The position numbers and the translations under genes were made by a program. Below, piece by piece: positions 26,646 through 36,172 of a stretch of 37,071 bases of DNA (position 1 is the first letter of the stretch; every line of letters starts with the position of its first letter). A model generated the notes under the pieces. The model was given only the letters and a program-made list of their open reading frames with translations, ran no database searches and had not been told where the DNA came from. Origin of the DNA: a virus. Its lineage: Duplodnaviria; Caudoviricetes. The stretch is taken from the IMG/VR virus record IMGVR_UViG_3300032212_000078, positions 1 to 37,071 of that record; one strand, written 5' to 3'.

Positions 26646-26996
26646 ATGGAATCTGTCAATAAAGTAATTGTAGAGACCGTGGATGGAAAGCGTTATCCGA
26701 CTGACCACAAAGGTGCCTTTAACCCCGGCGGCGATTCAGCTGGCGAGCCTGAATTGCATGGTGAAATTCTTATTCATGATGAAAGTGAAGTTGCAGCCAC
26801 CTTGACAACTAACCTGTTGCTAGTAAACGGGGTCGATATTGATGAGGTGAATAGAATTCGCGGGGCTGTGGCTGTGATTGAAACGAACACTGGCGTGAGA
26901 TACATGCTGCGCGAGGCTTACACGATTGGCCTTGTTGAATATGACCCCTCTGGTAAGGCTGCATGGCGGATTGGTGGTATTGCAGAACGTATGTAA
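26646..26996 (+). CDS. Tail tube protein (Mu M)
   Basis: 116 aa right after the sheath gene, AAGGAG RBS, FNPGG, ETNTGVRYML.EA. Confidence 0.8.
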   Translation: MESVNKVIVETVDGKRYPTDHKGAFNPGGDSAGEPELHGEILIHDESEVAATLTTNLLLVNGVDIDEVNRIRGAVAVIETNTGVRYMLREAYTIGLVEYDPSGKAAWRIGGIAERM

Positions 26997-27028
26997 TAGC
27001 ACTGAACACAATTGATTAGAAAATAAGG

Positions 27029-27328
27029 ATGGAAAAGATGAGCGAGACAATAACAGGTACTTTTAAAGATGGTATGAAGATCGGCGAAAAAACTCATAAA
27101 GAGTTTGAGATGCGTCCGGTCGGTTCGATGCAAGAAATGTTTAATGCAGAGCAAGATGCCTCTGTTGATTCGGTGTTGAGTTTTAACGGCGCAATGATGG
27201 CGACACAGTTAGTGCGCGTGGGTGACTTTAAGGGGCCATTCTTGTTTAGCATGATCGGCGAGCTTAGCCCGGCGGATTATAAGATATTACGCGCTAAGCA
27301 AACGGAGTTAGACAGACTGGGAAAGTAA
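27029..27328 (+). CDS. Tail assembly chaperone (gp41-like)
   Basis: FKDGMKIG..HKEFEMR, LVRVGD..GP, LSPADY. Confidence 0.85.
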   Translation: MEKMSETITGTFKDGMKIGEKTHKEFEMRPVGSMQEMFNAEQDASVDSVLSFNGAMMATQLVRVGDFKGPFLFSMIGELSPADYKILRAKQTELDRLGK

Positions 27329-27465
27329 GAGTAAAAACCCATACCCCATTATGGAATCGCCTGTTATTGCTAGCGATGAAAACGGGCTGGTCAAGAAGTG
27401 AGTTGCTTGCTTTGCCTGCTGATGAATTTGCCTATTACCTGAGTGTATTGACGAAAGAAAAATGA
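27319..27465 (+). CDS. -1 frameshift extension of the tail chaperone (lambda G-T-like)
   Basis: Slippery G GGA AAG (27319-27325) before TAA; -1 frame open to 27465 encoding ...LAMKTGWSRSELLALPADEF. Confidence 0.85.
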   Translation, partial: GKVRVKTHTPLWNRLLLLAMKTGWSRSELLALPADEFAYYLSVLTKEK

Positions 27466-29240
27466 ATGAATTAATGGTATCAACGAGACTGACTCTGGAG
27501 GCGCGCCAATTTGAGCGTGGCCTGCGTAAGTCTGGACGCGGTGTTGCCGGTTTTTCTACACAGGCACGACGTGAGTTAAAAGAACTCAGAAACGCTTTTG
27601 GTGGCATTCAGGGCAAGATTGCATCGCTGGGTTTAACCATCGGCACCACGGCGCTGCTGATGCAAAATGCAAAGTTAACAAAGTCGCTCACCCAGATTGG
27701 TCAAACCGCTGGGTCAAACATTGACCAGGTAAAGCAATTACGCGCTGAACTGTTCGAGCTGACACGCGACACCGGGCAGGAGCTTGAGGGGTTAAAGGGT
27801 GGTTTTAATGATTTGATTCAGTCCGGCCTGGACTGGCGAAAGTCATCAGCCACCATTGCTGCTATCAACCCCGCTAGCGCGGTAACGGGTTCCGATCCTC
27901 GTGTATTGTCTGGTGGTTTAACGGTGGCTGCTAAGGCGTTTGATTTTGATCTCTCGCAACCAGGGCTGGCGGTTGAGTTAATCGACAAGATGGTGGTTGC
28001 AGGCCGTTTAGGTAATGCCGAGCTGGAAGACCTTTCCGGTATTTTTGCCCGTGTTGGTCAGAATGCAAAACGGGCAAATCTTGGGTTCTCACAGACACTC
28101 GGTTTCATCGAAGAGTTATCTGAGATCGAGCGCAATCCCGAGCGCCTGGCAACACTGGCAGACAGTACGCTGCGCCTGTTTACCAATGAAAACTATAAGC
28201 GCACCGCGCAAAAGAGACTAGGCGTCCCTTTTTACGATGAAAATGACGCATCACGCCCCGCCTTTGATGTGCTGAAAGATATGCGTGATATTTACCAGAG
28301 TTTAACGAGTGATAAGCAGCGTGCTCGTTTCCTGCAGGCCGGTTTTGGGCAGACGGATCTGGATACTAAAAAGGGACTGGCGTTGTTGTTTTCTGGTGAT
28401 GCACTGGATAACGTGAATGAAAAAGTACTGGTGATTGAAGATGCTGCAGGCACCATTGCGCGAGACCTGCCAGATGCATTGAATAATGCAGTTGATCAGA
28501 CCGGCCGTTTAAAAGCGGTGCTGCGTGAGGCAGCTGATGGCTTTACCGGGCCAATTAATGAAGTGATATCCGATGCGATTAAGTTTGGCTTAGATAAAGA
28601 TAAGCTGGACTTGACGGGCAATCAACTTGTGGGTGGTGGTGTGGCGGCCGTGGTAGCGGCTGCGCTGGCAACACGCTACGGCGGCAAAGGCATTAAAGCA
28701 ATGCGCGGTAAGATATTCGGCGTGGCCAGTGGCGTGGCTACCGGCAAGGTGCTGGAAGAAGCGGCAGGCGTGACCCCTGTTTATGTAGTAAACATGCCAG
28801 GTGAAGGCTTTGGCCTGGGCGGTGGTAAAGGTAGAGGCGGCAAGCGTGGCGGCCGTGGCAAGCGGAGCAACAGTGCAGTGGTGCCCTTCCTTGACCTGCC
28901 TGATGATGTGAAACATAAAGCCGGTGGTTACTCAGTCGGCGGTTTTGCCCGTCTGCTCGGTTGGGTCGGGGCAGGCATCACGGCGGGAGAGATGGGCGGT
29001 TCGTTTTATGATAATCGAGTCAAGGGCCGCGCCATTGAGACGCAGGCGATTGAAGACTGGAATAAGCTGTTAGAAACATTAGGCCTAGCAGCGGAGAAAA
29101 TGGATTCTGCTGCGGATAAGATGGGTGAGGCTAAGGCAACGATTGAAGTTGATCTTAAAGATGGTCAGGTTCGTGATGTCCAATTATCAGCAGACGAGAG
29201 ACTTGAGTTGCAAGTACAGACTGGTATGGTGGTGGACTAA
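27462..29240 (+). CDS. Tape measure protein
   Basis: 592 aa, helical, AGRLGNAELEDL core, VTPVYVVNMPG; follows chaperones. Confidence 0.92.
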   Translation: MNELMVSTRLTLEARQFERGLRKSGRGVAGFSTQARRELKELRNAFGGIQGKIASLGLTIGTTALLMQNAKLTKSLTQIGQTAGSNIDQVKQLRAELFELTRDTGQELEGLKGGFNDLIQSGLDWRKSSATIAAINPASAVTGSDPRVLSGGLTVAAKAFDFDLSQPGLAVELIDKMVVAGRLGNAELEDLSGIFARVGQNAKRANLGFSQTLGFIEELSEIERNPERLATLADSTLRLFTNENYKRTAQKRLGVPFYDENDASRPAFDVLKDMRDIYQSLTSDKQRARFLQAGFGQTDLDTKKGLALLFSGDALDNVNEKVLVIEDAAGTIARDLPDALNNAVDQTGRLKAVLREAADGFTGPINEVISDAIKFGLDKDKLDLTGNQLVGGGVAAVVAAALATRYGGKGIKAMRGKIFGVASGVATGKVLEEAAGVTPVYVVNMPGEGFGLGGGKGRGGKRGGRGKRSNSAVVPFLDLPDDVKHKAGGYSVGGFARLLGWVGAGITAGEMGGSFYDNRVKGRAIETQAIEDWNKLLETLGLAAEKMDSAADKMGEAKATIEVDLKDGQVRDVQLSADERLELQVQTGMVVD

Positions 29241-29662
29241 TGATTAGCCACTGTCTTGACTTTCCCTTTGCGGCCATCAACCCATGTGTACCTTCCCTTA
29301 TTGTCCACGAACTGTTTAAGCCGTCCGTTCCATGCGTCAAGAAACGCTTGCGTTACTGCCATGTTGGGGTTCAGTTTAAGCATGCTACTTCCTCGAAATG
29401 TGTTTCTCTTGTATTTGAAAACTTTGGCGAAACTTCCATTTTTATCTGCTTGATAAATGATAGCGTCTATACCATTAGTATCAACAATTTGGTATGCACC
29501 TTCTTTCTCACCAAGGTAAATAATAGAGAACAGCTTCGGCCCACTTTTGAGTTCATATGCATAATCATACCCATCATTAATCGTATAGTAATGCTCACGT
29601 TTTTCTTCAGCGTTCACGCTACCCATAAAAACAGCCATCATCAGTATCAAAGCTCGCATCAT
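29237..29662 (-). CDS. Exported moron protein, unknown function
   Basis: Antisense to the late operon, AT-rich, signal peptide MMRALILMMAVFMGSVNA, GAGG RBS, own promoter. Confidence 0.75.
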   Translation of the reverse strand: MMRALILMMAVFMGSVNAEEKREHYYTINDGYDYAYELKSGPKLFSIIYLGEKEGAYQIVDTNGIDAIIYQADKNGSFAKVFKYKRNTFRGSSMLKLNPNMAVTQAFLDAWNGRLKQFVDNKGRYTWVDGRKGKVKTVANH

Positions 29663-29676
29663 TTCGCCCTCGGTGA

Positions 29677-29705
29677 ATTGTCTTATTCGTTATATCGTCA
29701 GCCAA
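29677..29705 (-). promoter_or_regulatory. Sigma70-like promoter of the moron
   Basis: TTGGCT-N17-GACAAT on the minus strand. Confidence 0.55.
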
Positions 29706-29715
29706 GGATATCACT

Positions 29716-30900
29716 ATGAGCTGGCGAGATCGACTGATCACCATCGATGGCGAGAGCTACTACGCCGGAAAGTTCCGTAACGCACTGTTTTTACTACGCA
29801 CTGATGCCCTGGAGTTTGGACGTAACAATGAGGTGCATGAGTACCCGTTAGCGGCGCTTCCCTGGGTGGAGGATAGTGGGCCAGCTAAAAACCAGTTCCA
29901 ATTGAGCGTTTTTGTCACCGGTGAAAATTTCGATATCGAGCGTGATAAATTAATTGCCGCGATTAACGAACCTGGTTCTGGTGCATTACAGCTCCCTTTT
30001 TATGGCGCGATGCAGGTCTCCATTATTAAGCCTCGGGTAACGCATCGCACTAAAAAGGGCGGTCGGGCTGAGTTTTCCTTTACCTGTGTGGTGGGCAGTG
30101 ACTTCCCACAACCAACGATTACGGAGATCACAGAGGAAGAAACCAAAAACGCGGCTGATGAGACATTGGTTCAGGCGGTGGAAGACTTTTCCAGCAGCTT
30201 CGATGTGCTGGGCCAGGCGGCGGATGCTGTGCAGGCCGTCACTGATGAAATCGCAGCCACAATGGCGGCGGTGGATGATGCCATCGGCAACGTGACCGGC
30301 CCGATCGCTGATTTGATTCGCTCCCCTGCCGAAATGGCGGGCGCGATCGTGGGCGGCGTGAATCGCATTCGCATCACCATTGGAGAACCAGGGCGCGCTT
30401 TAAACATTTATAAAAGCCTGTTTAATGCCGGTTCAAATGGTAGTTATTCAACTGCCACGGCAAGCCAGAAAAAAACAGTGGGTAACATACAGGCACTGCA
30501 ACACCTGGTGCAGCGTGCCGCGATGGCTGAGGCTGCCAATGTCACAGCGAGTATGCAATATCTAACATCGGACGATGCCCTGCGTGATGCAGGCGATATC
30601 GCCACCGCCATTGAAGCCCATGCATCTAGTGAAAGCGTGGTCGATGGTTCACCGATTAGTGATGAGGTCTATGCCGCGTTAACCACCTTGCAAGCAACGG
30701 TGATGATCGACCTTCGTGAACGTGGCGCACAACTACCTAAACTCACCGCTTACACACCATCGGCCACACTACCTGCGTTGGTGGTGGCACATCAGTTATA
30801 TGGTGATGCCACGCGGGCGGATGAGTTGGTAACGCGTAATAAAATTAGCCATCCCGGTTTTGTATTAGGTGGTGAGGCGCTGGAGGTACTGGATGTCTGA
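29716..30900 (+). CDS. N: DNA circularisation protein (Mu N)
   Basis: MSWRDRL, GKFR, HEYP...PWVEDSG, LPALVVAHQLYGDATRADELVTRNKISHPGF. Confidence 0.93.
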   Translation: MSWRDRLITIDGESYYAGKFRNALFLLRTDALEFGRNNEVHEYPLAALPWVEDSGPAKNQFQLSVFVTGENFDIERDKLIAAINEPGSGALQLPFYGAMQVSIIKPRVTHRTKKGGRAEFSFTCVVGSDFPQPTITEITEEETKNAADETLVQAVEDFSSSFDVLGQAADAVQAVTDEIAATMAAVDDAIGNVTGPIADLIRSPAEMAGAIVGGVNRIRITIGEPGRALNIYKSLFNAGSNGSYSTATASQKKTVGNIQALQHLVQRAAMAEAANVTASMQYLTSDDALRDAGDIATAIEAHASSESVVDGSPISDEVYAALTTLQATVMIDLRERGAQLPKLTAYTPSATLPALVVAHQLYGDATRADELVTRNKISHPGFVLGGEALEVLDV

Positions 30901-31960
30901 CATCGCACTGAAAATAAATGGTGTGAAATACCGTGGCTGGAAATCGTTCACCGCACGTTCTAGCGTGCAGATGATCAGCGATAGCTTTGAGGCGACGTTA
31001 ACTGAGGCGTGGGCGGGTAATGATACAGGCTGGCCGATCTCGCCTGATGACGCGTTTGATTTGCTGATTGATGACGCACTGGTAATGAGTGGTTATGTCG
31101 ATGAGTTTAATGTTGCGTACGATAAAAACAGCCACCTGATTAAGATTAAAGGCCGTAGCAAACTGCGCGACCTGATTGATAGCTCGGGTATACATGCGCC
31201 GTTTATTAACCAGACGTTTGTGCAGTTGGCAACCTTTTGTTGTGATCTTTTTGGTCTTAAAGTTGTCGTTGATGCGAGCGTTACCGATATCGATGCCGCC
31301 TTTGCTAAAGCGACCATTGAGGTGGGTGAGACTTATATCGAGTTTTTAAAGAAACTCGCAGATGAACGCGGTGTGATTCTCACCGATACACCCGAAGGTG
31401 ACCTGTTAATCACCCGTGCCGGTACTGAGGTAGCACCGACCGCGTTGGTGTTGGGCAAAAACATCATTAGCGCGAATGCGACGAATAGCGTACGCGACCG
31501 GTTTTATAAATACATGGTAGTGGGCCAAGGTGAGGTTTCGTATCTAGATGACCCGGATGATGAGTCGGTGCAGGTAGATGCGGTGGTGTTGGATGAGGAC
31601 GTACGCAAGGCGCGTACTAAAGTGATTGACCCAGATGACTCGGTAACATTAGGCGATGTTGAGCGCTATGGTCTACGCGAGCGTAACGACCGCTTTGGTG
31701 AGAGCCAGCCGATCACTTATGTGGTGAGTGGTTTTCGCCATAAAACGGGGTTATGGCGACCTAACACACTGGTTGATATTGATGACTCGCGCTCACGAAT
31801 TAAAGGGAAGCGTTTAATTGTGAGTGTTGAATACTCGCGGAATAAAAAGAGCACTACTAGCATTACCGTGATGCCTAAAGAGGCGCTGGACATTGTGCCA
31901 TTGCCCAGGAAGATTGATGATGATGTGTACGTGCCACCACTGCCTGTGAGTACTTCATGA
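30893..31960 (+). CDS. P: Baseplate hub (Mu P/gp44)
   Basis: YRGW, SGYVD, GRSK..DLIDSS, LVLGKNI, LWRPN; ATG at 30893. Confidence 0.92.
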   Translation: MSDIALKINGVKYRGWKSFTARSSVQMISDSFEATLTEAWAGNDTGWPISPDDAFDLLIDDALVMSGYVDEFNVAYDKNSHLIKIKGRSKLRDLIDSSGIHAPFINQTFVQLATFCCDLFGLKVVVDASVTDIDAAFAKATIEVGETYIEFLKKLADERGVILTDTPEGDLLITRAGTEVAPTALVLGKNIISANATNSVRDRFYKYMVVGQGEVSYLDDPDDESVQVDAVVLDEDVRKARTKVIDPDDSVTLGDVERYGLRERNDRFGESQPITYVVSGFRHKTGLWRPNTLVDIDDSRSRIKGKRLIVSVEYSRNKKSTTSITVMPKEALDIVPLPRKIDDDVYVPPLPVSTS

Positions 31961-32502
31961 AGTACGTTTACCAACGTTTACTATCTCGCCTGCGCCGCCG
32001 CATCGCCAACATGATCAACCGCGCAACAATCACCGGCGTGGATACGAGCAATGGCGTAACGCTATTGCAGTTCGCATCAAAGGCAGGCCAGCCCGATGAT
32101 GGCGTGGCCTACTATGAATTATATGGTTTCACCAGTACCCCGCTGGTTGGTGCAAAAGTATTGGTGTTGTGCCTCGGTGGATACCGCATCGCTGTGTGCG
32201 CCACAGACTCCCGCTATCGAATCAAAAACCTACCTAACGGTGATGTAGCGGTTTATGACTTTCGTGGCCAGACAATCACCCTTAGTGCCGATGGTGTCAC
32301 CATCGACACAAGCCTGGCGCTTACCGTTAACGCTGGAGACTCAACCTTTAACGGCAACATCAAAGCAACTGGCAATATCGCTGCCGATGGCGATCTGAGT
32401 GACGCCACCGGCACGGTGCAAGCTATGCGAGATATCTATAACGTGCATACACAACAGGTGAGCGGTACAACAGCGGCCGCGCCAACGGTACCGATGGCAT
32501 GA
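31957..32502 (+). CDS. Baseplate spike (Mu Q/gp45)
   Basis: YGFTSTP..GA, DSRYR, GDVAVYD, MRDIYNVHT. Confidence 0.9.
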   Translation: MKYVYQRLLSRLRRRIANMINRATITGVDTSNGVTLLQFASKAGQPDDGVAYYELYGFTSTPLVGAKVLVLCLGGYRIAVCATDSRYRIKNLPNGDVAVYDFRGQTITLSADGVTIDTSLALTVNAGDSTFNGNIKATGNIAADGDLSDATGTVQAMRDIYNVHTQQVSGTTAAAPTVPMA

Positions 32503-32930
32503 GTGATATTGCATTAAAACAAGATGACAGCGGCGCGTTTGATATATCACTCGATCGCGGTGATCTGACTACACATAGCGGGCTTGAAAATGCGGTGATC
32601 CTTAGCCTGTTTACTGACTTGAGAGTAGATGATGATGAGCTGCTTGATGGTGATGATAAACGTGGTTGGTGGTCTCGCATATTTGGTTCGAGGCTGTGGC
32701 TACTAGAGCGAGCGACAACAACGAAAGAGACATTAGACCGGGCGGAGTATTACAGCACTGAGGCGTTGCAATGGTTGATTGACGACGGCGTGGCGAGTGC
32801 TGTTGCTGCGCACGCTGAGTGGAGTCGTGATGGTGTGATGTTGCTGGTAATTGAGATTGTTAAACCAAACGGTACCGCGACGTTTAAATTCGAAGACATA
32901 TGGAGTGCGCAATTAAATGGCGTTTACTAG
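32499..32930 (+). CDS. Baseplate protein, Mu gp46
   Basis: AVILSLFTD, RGWW, GSRLWLLER, EALQWLIDDGVA. Confidence 0.93.
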   Translation: MSDIALKQDDSGAFDISLDRGDLTTHSGLENAVILSLFTDLRVDDDELLDGDDKRGWWSRIFGSRLWLLERATTTKETLDRAEYYSTEALQWLIDDGVASAVAAHAEWSRDGVMLLVIEIVKPNGTATFKFEDIWSAQLNGVY

Positions 32931-33972
32931 GCCTTCCCTTGAAGAGTTAAAAACCCGAATGCGTTCAAGTATCAATACGCGTATGCCGGGGGCTGAATCG
33001 CGCCTGCGATTGTCAGTGTTGGGCGTGATCGCGGATGTGGTCGCTGGCGCAGTGCATCTGCTATACGGTTTTTTGCAATGGATTAGCCTCCAGATTTTAC
33101 CTGACACGGCAGATGATGAATGGCTATTACGCCACGGTGACGTGCGCGATATTGCGCGTAATGCAGCGACAACGGCACAGGGCGATGTTGTTTTTACAGG
33201 TACAGACGGTATTGATATACCTGCGGGCACAAAAATGCAGCGCGCCGATGGTGTTGAGTTTTTAACGGATGCGCTGGTAACGGTGGTCTCTGGCTCTGCT
33301 ACTGTTTCGGTAACGGCATTAGATGCTGGCGCGGCGGGTGTGACGTTGCCAGGCGTTGCGATGACCCTGGTGCAGCCGATCGCGGGGGTTAACAGCTCGA
33401 CTATTGTTGATGTGGCCGGTTTAACCGGCGGCGCTGACATTGAGGCTATTGATGACTATCGTGTGCGCGTGCTGGCTCGTTGGCAGCAACCAACGCAGGG
33501 TGGCAGTGAGAGTGATTATGTTTCATGGGCGCTCGGTATGGCGGGCATCACGCGTGCGTGGTCATACCCATTAGAAGATGGCGATGGCACGGTCGTGGTG
33601 AGATTTATGATGGATGACACGTATGGCGATGGCATCCCGTTACTGGGTGATGTGGCGACACTGCAAACACTATTAGATAGTAAACGCCCGGCCACTGCGG
33701 CGGTGACTGCTGCCGCTCCGACCACAAAGCCCATTGATATGACTATCGCGATTACACCGGACACCGCGCAGATTCGTGCAGATGCTGAGGCTGAGATTAA
33801 TGATCTGTTTCGACGCCGTGCAGTACCAGGTGGCGGCGTTTATCTGTCCCAGATTAACGAGGCGATATCAATCGTTGACGGCGAAGAAGATCACACCATT
33901 ACCGGGCTGGTCACTGATGTCACGTCACTGCCGAGCGAGATCGCCGTCGTAGGTTTTATTACATGGCTATGA
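32917..33972 (+). CDS. Baseplate J-like protein, Mu gp47
   Basis: FTRPSL, QILPDTAD, GGADIE, GG..DYVSWAL. Confidence 0.93.
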   Translation: MAFTRPSLEELKTRMRSSINTRMPGAESRLRLSVLGVIADVVAGAVHLLYGFLQWISLQILPDTADDEWLLRHGDVRDIARNAATTAQGDVVFTGTDGIDIPAGTKMQRADGVEFLTDALVTVVSGSATVSVTALDAGAAGVTLPGVAMTLVQPIAGVNSSTIVDVAGLTGGADIEAIDDYRVRVLARWQQPTQGGSESDYVSWALGMAGITRAWSYPLEDGDGTVVVRFMMDDTYGDGIPLLGDVATLQTLLDSKRPATAAVTAAAPTTKPIDMTIAITPDTAQIRADAEAEINDLFRRRAVPGGGVYLSQINEAISIVDGEEDHTITGLVTDVTSLPSEIAVVGFITWL

Positions 33973-34565
33973 CATCGATTGATTATCGTGATCAGTTGTT
34001 GAGTCTGTTGCCGCGTGGCCGTGCCTGGACGCGTAGCCTGTTTTCAATGATGGCTGCATTGATGCACGCGATCGGCGATGAGTTTTCGCGAGTTGAACAG
34101 CGCGCGGATGATTTACAGGAAGAGTCTGACCCACGCACTACAGTTGAAATGATCGACGACTGGGAGCGCGCATTAGGGTTGCCGGATGCGTGTAGTAATA
34201 CGATCGCACCCACGCTCGAAGAACGCCGCGCGGCGGTGGTTGGTAAATACCTGGGCGTTGGCGGGCATAACATCCCGTATCTAATTAGCGTTGCGTCACG
34301 CATGGGGTTTGAGGTATCGATCATCGATAAAATAACGCCATATCACTACGAGATTGTTGTGCCAGGTGTTGAAGCGCAGCGCCTTAGTGTTGGTGTTGGC
34401 GCTGGTCATCAAGTTGGTAGCCCACTGCGGAGCTATGGTAACGAGCAGGCGTTAGAGTGTGCGTTTATGCGGTTAAACCAGGCGCACACCGTGCCTACAT
34501 TTACATACGGTGCGGCAGCCGATTATTCAATTACATATAATTACGAGGTGCAGCGACATGCATAA
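33963..34565 (+). CDS. Baseplate protein, Mu gp48 (DUF2313/YmfQ)
   Basis: LLPRGRAW, DWERALGLPD, LEC....QAHT. Confidence 0.92.
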   Translation: MAMTSIDYRDQLLSLLPRGRAWTRSLFSMMAALMHAIGDEFSRVEQRADDLQEESDPRTTVEMIDDWERALGLPDACSNTIAPTLEERRAAVVGKYLGVGGHNIPYLISVASRMGFEVSIIDKITPYHYEIVVPGVEAQRLSVGVGAGHQVGSPLRSYGNEQALECAFMRLNQAHTVPTFTYGAAADYSITYNYEVQRHA

Positions 34566-35682
34566 AATAGGTAACGATACCCCTACTGCTGATGTGAACG
34601 GTGAGTTTCGTGAGACGTCTACGCCCACGGATTTACGAGCCAACTGGGCTAATACCGTGCAGCGTGAGCTGGTGGCAGTGGTCGAGGATTTTGCTGGTGA
34701 GACTTTAGACCCCGAGAATGATACGCAGATATCAGATGCTTTGAATAGTAGGCAGTATGGGCGTGCAGCTAATAGCCCGGCTGCTGCTGCATCGCTGGGA
34801 TTAACGTATGAGCCAGACCTTATGAATCATATTGTATCTCCTACATCTAGTTTTATCAGCGGTGTGTATTATGGCGCTGGTTTTATCTGGGCCACAAATA
34901 ATGGCATCGATACTGTGATTAAAGTTGATCCTGTAACGATGGTTGTCGTGGGTCTTTATTCTTTTGGCCCGTCAAGCGTCGAGGGGCCTGTGATCGATGA
35001 TGGCACTTACTTGTGGGTGCTGGCTAATGAGAGCGGCATCGGTGATGATTCTGTCTATCGTGTGACTATTTCCGATGGAACGATACTGGGGCCTATCTTA
35101 GTTGGCCGTGGCCCGCGGTCATTGGTCTATGTTAATGGGTTTGTTTATGTCGCCAATTCAACAACGGACAACTTGTCTAAAATTGATCCGGAAAGTGCTA
35201 CTGTAGTTTCAACGATCGCATTAGCCGCTGGCGCATCACCCTGGGGGATGTGTTTTGATGGGTCTCATATCTGGATAGCCAATAGTGCTAATGACACGAT
35301 GTCACTTTTAAATCCTGTTGACGATAGTGTGACTAGTTTTTCGTTGGTTGCTGGTGATTCCCCCATCTGGCCTATATTTGACGGCCGAACGATGTGGGTC
35401 ACTGCTCGGGGACGTGATCGCTTAATTCAGATAGACATAGACACGCATCAAACGATTATGGAGTTACCGTACACTGCTGGCACCTCAGATGTCGGTCAGG
35501 TTGTATTTGATGGATATTCGATTTATGCGGTGGGACTCCAGTTTCAGTCGATAACTGTATTTAAAGACCTGATGTGGGTACAGACACAGCAGCTAATGGA
35601 TTGGTCTTATGGTGTAGCCTTTGATGGCAGGTATATATGGTATGGCACGTCTGACCGCTTAATGAGGATGTTGGTGCGATGA
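34558..35682 (+). CDS. Tail fibre / receptor-binding protein: Mu S-like N-terminus plus YVTN-like beta-propeller
   Basis: MHKI...WANTVQRELVAVVE..G.TLD anchor; repeats IWATN, LWVLAN, VYVANS, IWIANS, MWVTAR; GAGG RBS. Confidence 0.85.
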   Translation: MHKIGNDTPTADVNGEFRETSTPTDLRANWANTVQRELVAVVEDFAGETLDPENDTQISDALNSRQYGRAANSPAAAASLGLTYEPDLMNHIVSPTSSFISGVYYGAGFIWATNNGIDTVIKVDPVTMVVVGLYSFGPSSVEGPVIDDGTYLWVLANESGIGDDSVYRVTISDGTILGPILVGRGPRSLVYVNGFVYVANSTTDNLSKIDPESATVVSTIALAAGASPWGMCFDGSHIWIANSANDTMSLLNPVDDSVTSFSLVAGDSPIWPIFDGRTMWVTARGRDRLIQIDIDTHQTIMELPYTAGTSDVGQVVFDGYSIYAVGLQFQSITVFKDLMWVQTQQLMDWSYGVAFDGRYIWYGTSDRLMRMLVR

Positions 35683-35966
35683 GGTGCGTTTTATTAGCGG
35701 TACTACTGCTGCCATCCGTGTTGCTTGCTGATGGTCTTTACCTTGAGGCTGGGGTGGGCGCTCACGCTGAGCAGTATGATAGCGTACGCTCAAACGGGGA
35801 GTCGTGGCCAAATGGTCTCGGTATGGGTGAGCTTGGCTACCGATACGGGGATTATAAAATGTTCTTTTTGCACATCAGTTCTCTTGAGCAGAAAGACACC
35901 GGGCTGAATATGCTGGCGATAAAATACCGCTTCGGCGGTGGTCGGAAAGGTGGGTGTGTAAACTGA
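35679..35966 (+). CDS. Small exported beta-strand (outer-membrane-like) protein
   Basis: Signal peptide, alternating strands YLEAGVG / GELGYRY / FFLHISS / MLAIKYRF. Confidence 0.7.
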   Translation: MRCVLLAVLLLPSVLLADGLYLEAGVGAHAEQYDSVRSNGESWPNGLGMGELGYRYGDYKMFFLHISSLEQKDTGLNMLAIKYRFGGGRKGGCVN

Positions 35967-35990
35967 TTTTAGACGTGTGAAATGCGACTA

Positions 35991-36019
35991 TTGACACGGG
36001 GATCAAGATGGATTAATGT
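35991..36019 (+). promoter_or_regulatory. Sigma70 promoter of the right-end operon
   Basis: TTGACA-N17-TAATGT. Confidence 0.75.
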
Positions 36020-36025
36020 TGTTTT

Positions 36026-36039
36026 ACTACTACTCTCAG
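36026..36039 (+). promoter_or_regulatory. Upstream C4 target boxes (a1/b1-like)
   Basis: ACTAC-TA-CTCTCAG is complementary to CTGAGAG..GTAGT of the RNA. Confidence 0.75.
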
Positions 36040-36083
36040 ATGCACTGCGGCAATAATGTTTGGTTTCGTGTAAGCTCCTTCTT

Positions 36084-36159
36084 GCGGGATGAGATGGGGA
36101 AATACAATACCAGCAATGGGAATACCCTGCGCCGCCTGAGAGCGGTAGTTGAGTCCCGC
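36084..36159 (+). ncRNA. C4-like antisense RNA
   Basis: Closing stem GCGGGAT/GTCCCGC, GGGAAATACAATACCAGCAATGGGAATA segment, hairpin CCGC-CTGAGA-GCGG then TAGTTG; complementary boxes upstream and downstream. Confidence 0.8.
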
Positions 36160-36172
36160 CACTTTATAGTGG

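Noticed and set aside
29240-29719. 159-aa plus-strand ORF bridging tape measure and N
   Set aside because: Atypical composition; the minus-strand ORF has promoter, RBS and signal peptide. A translational-coupling role cannot be fully excluded.
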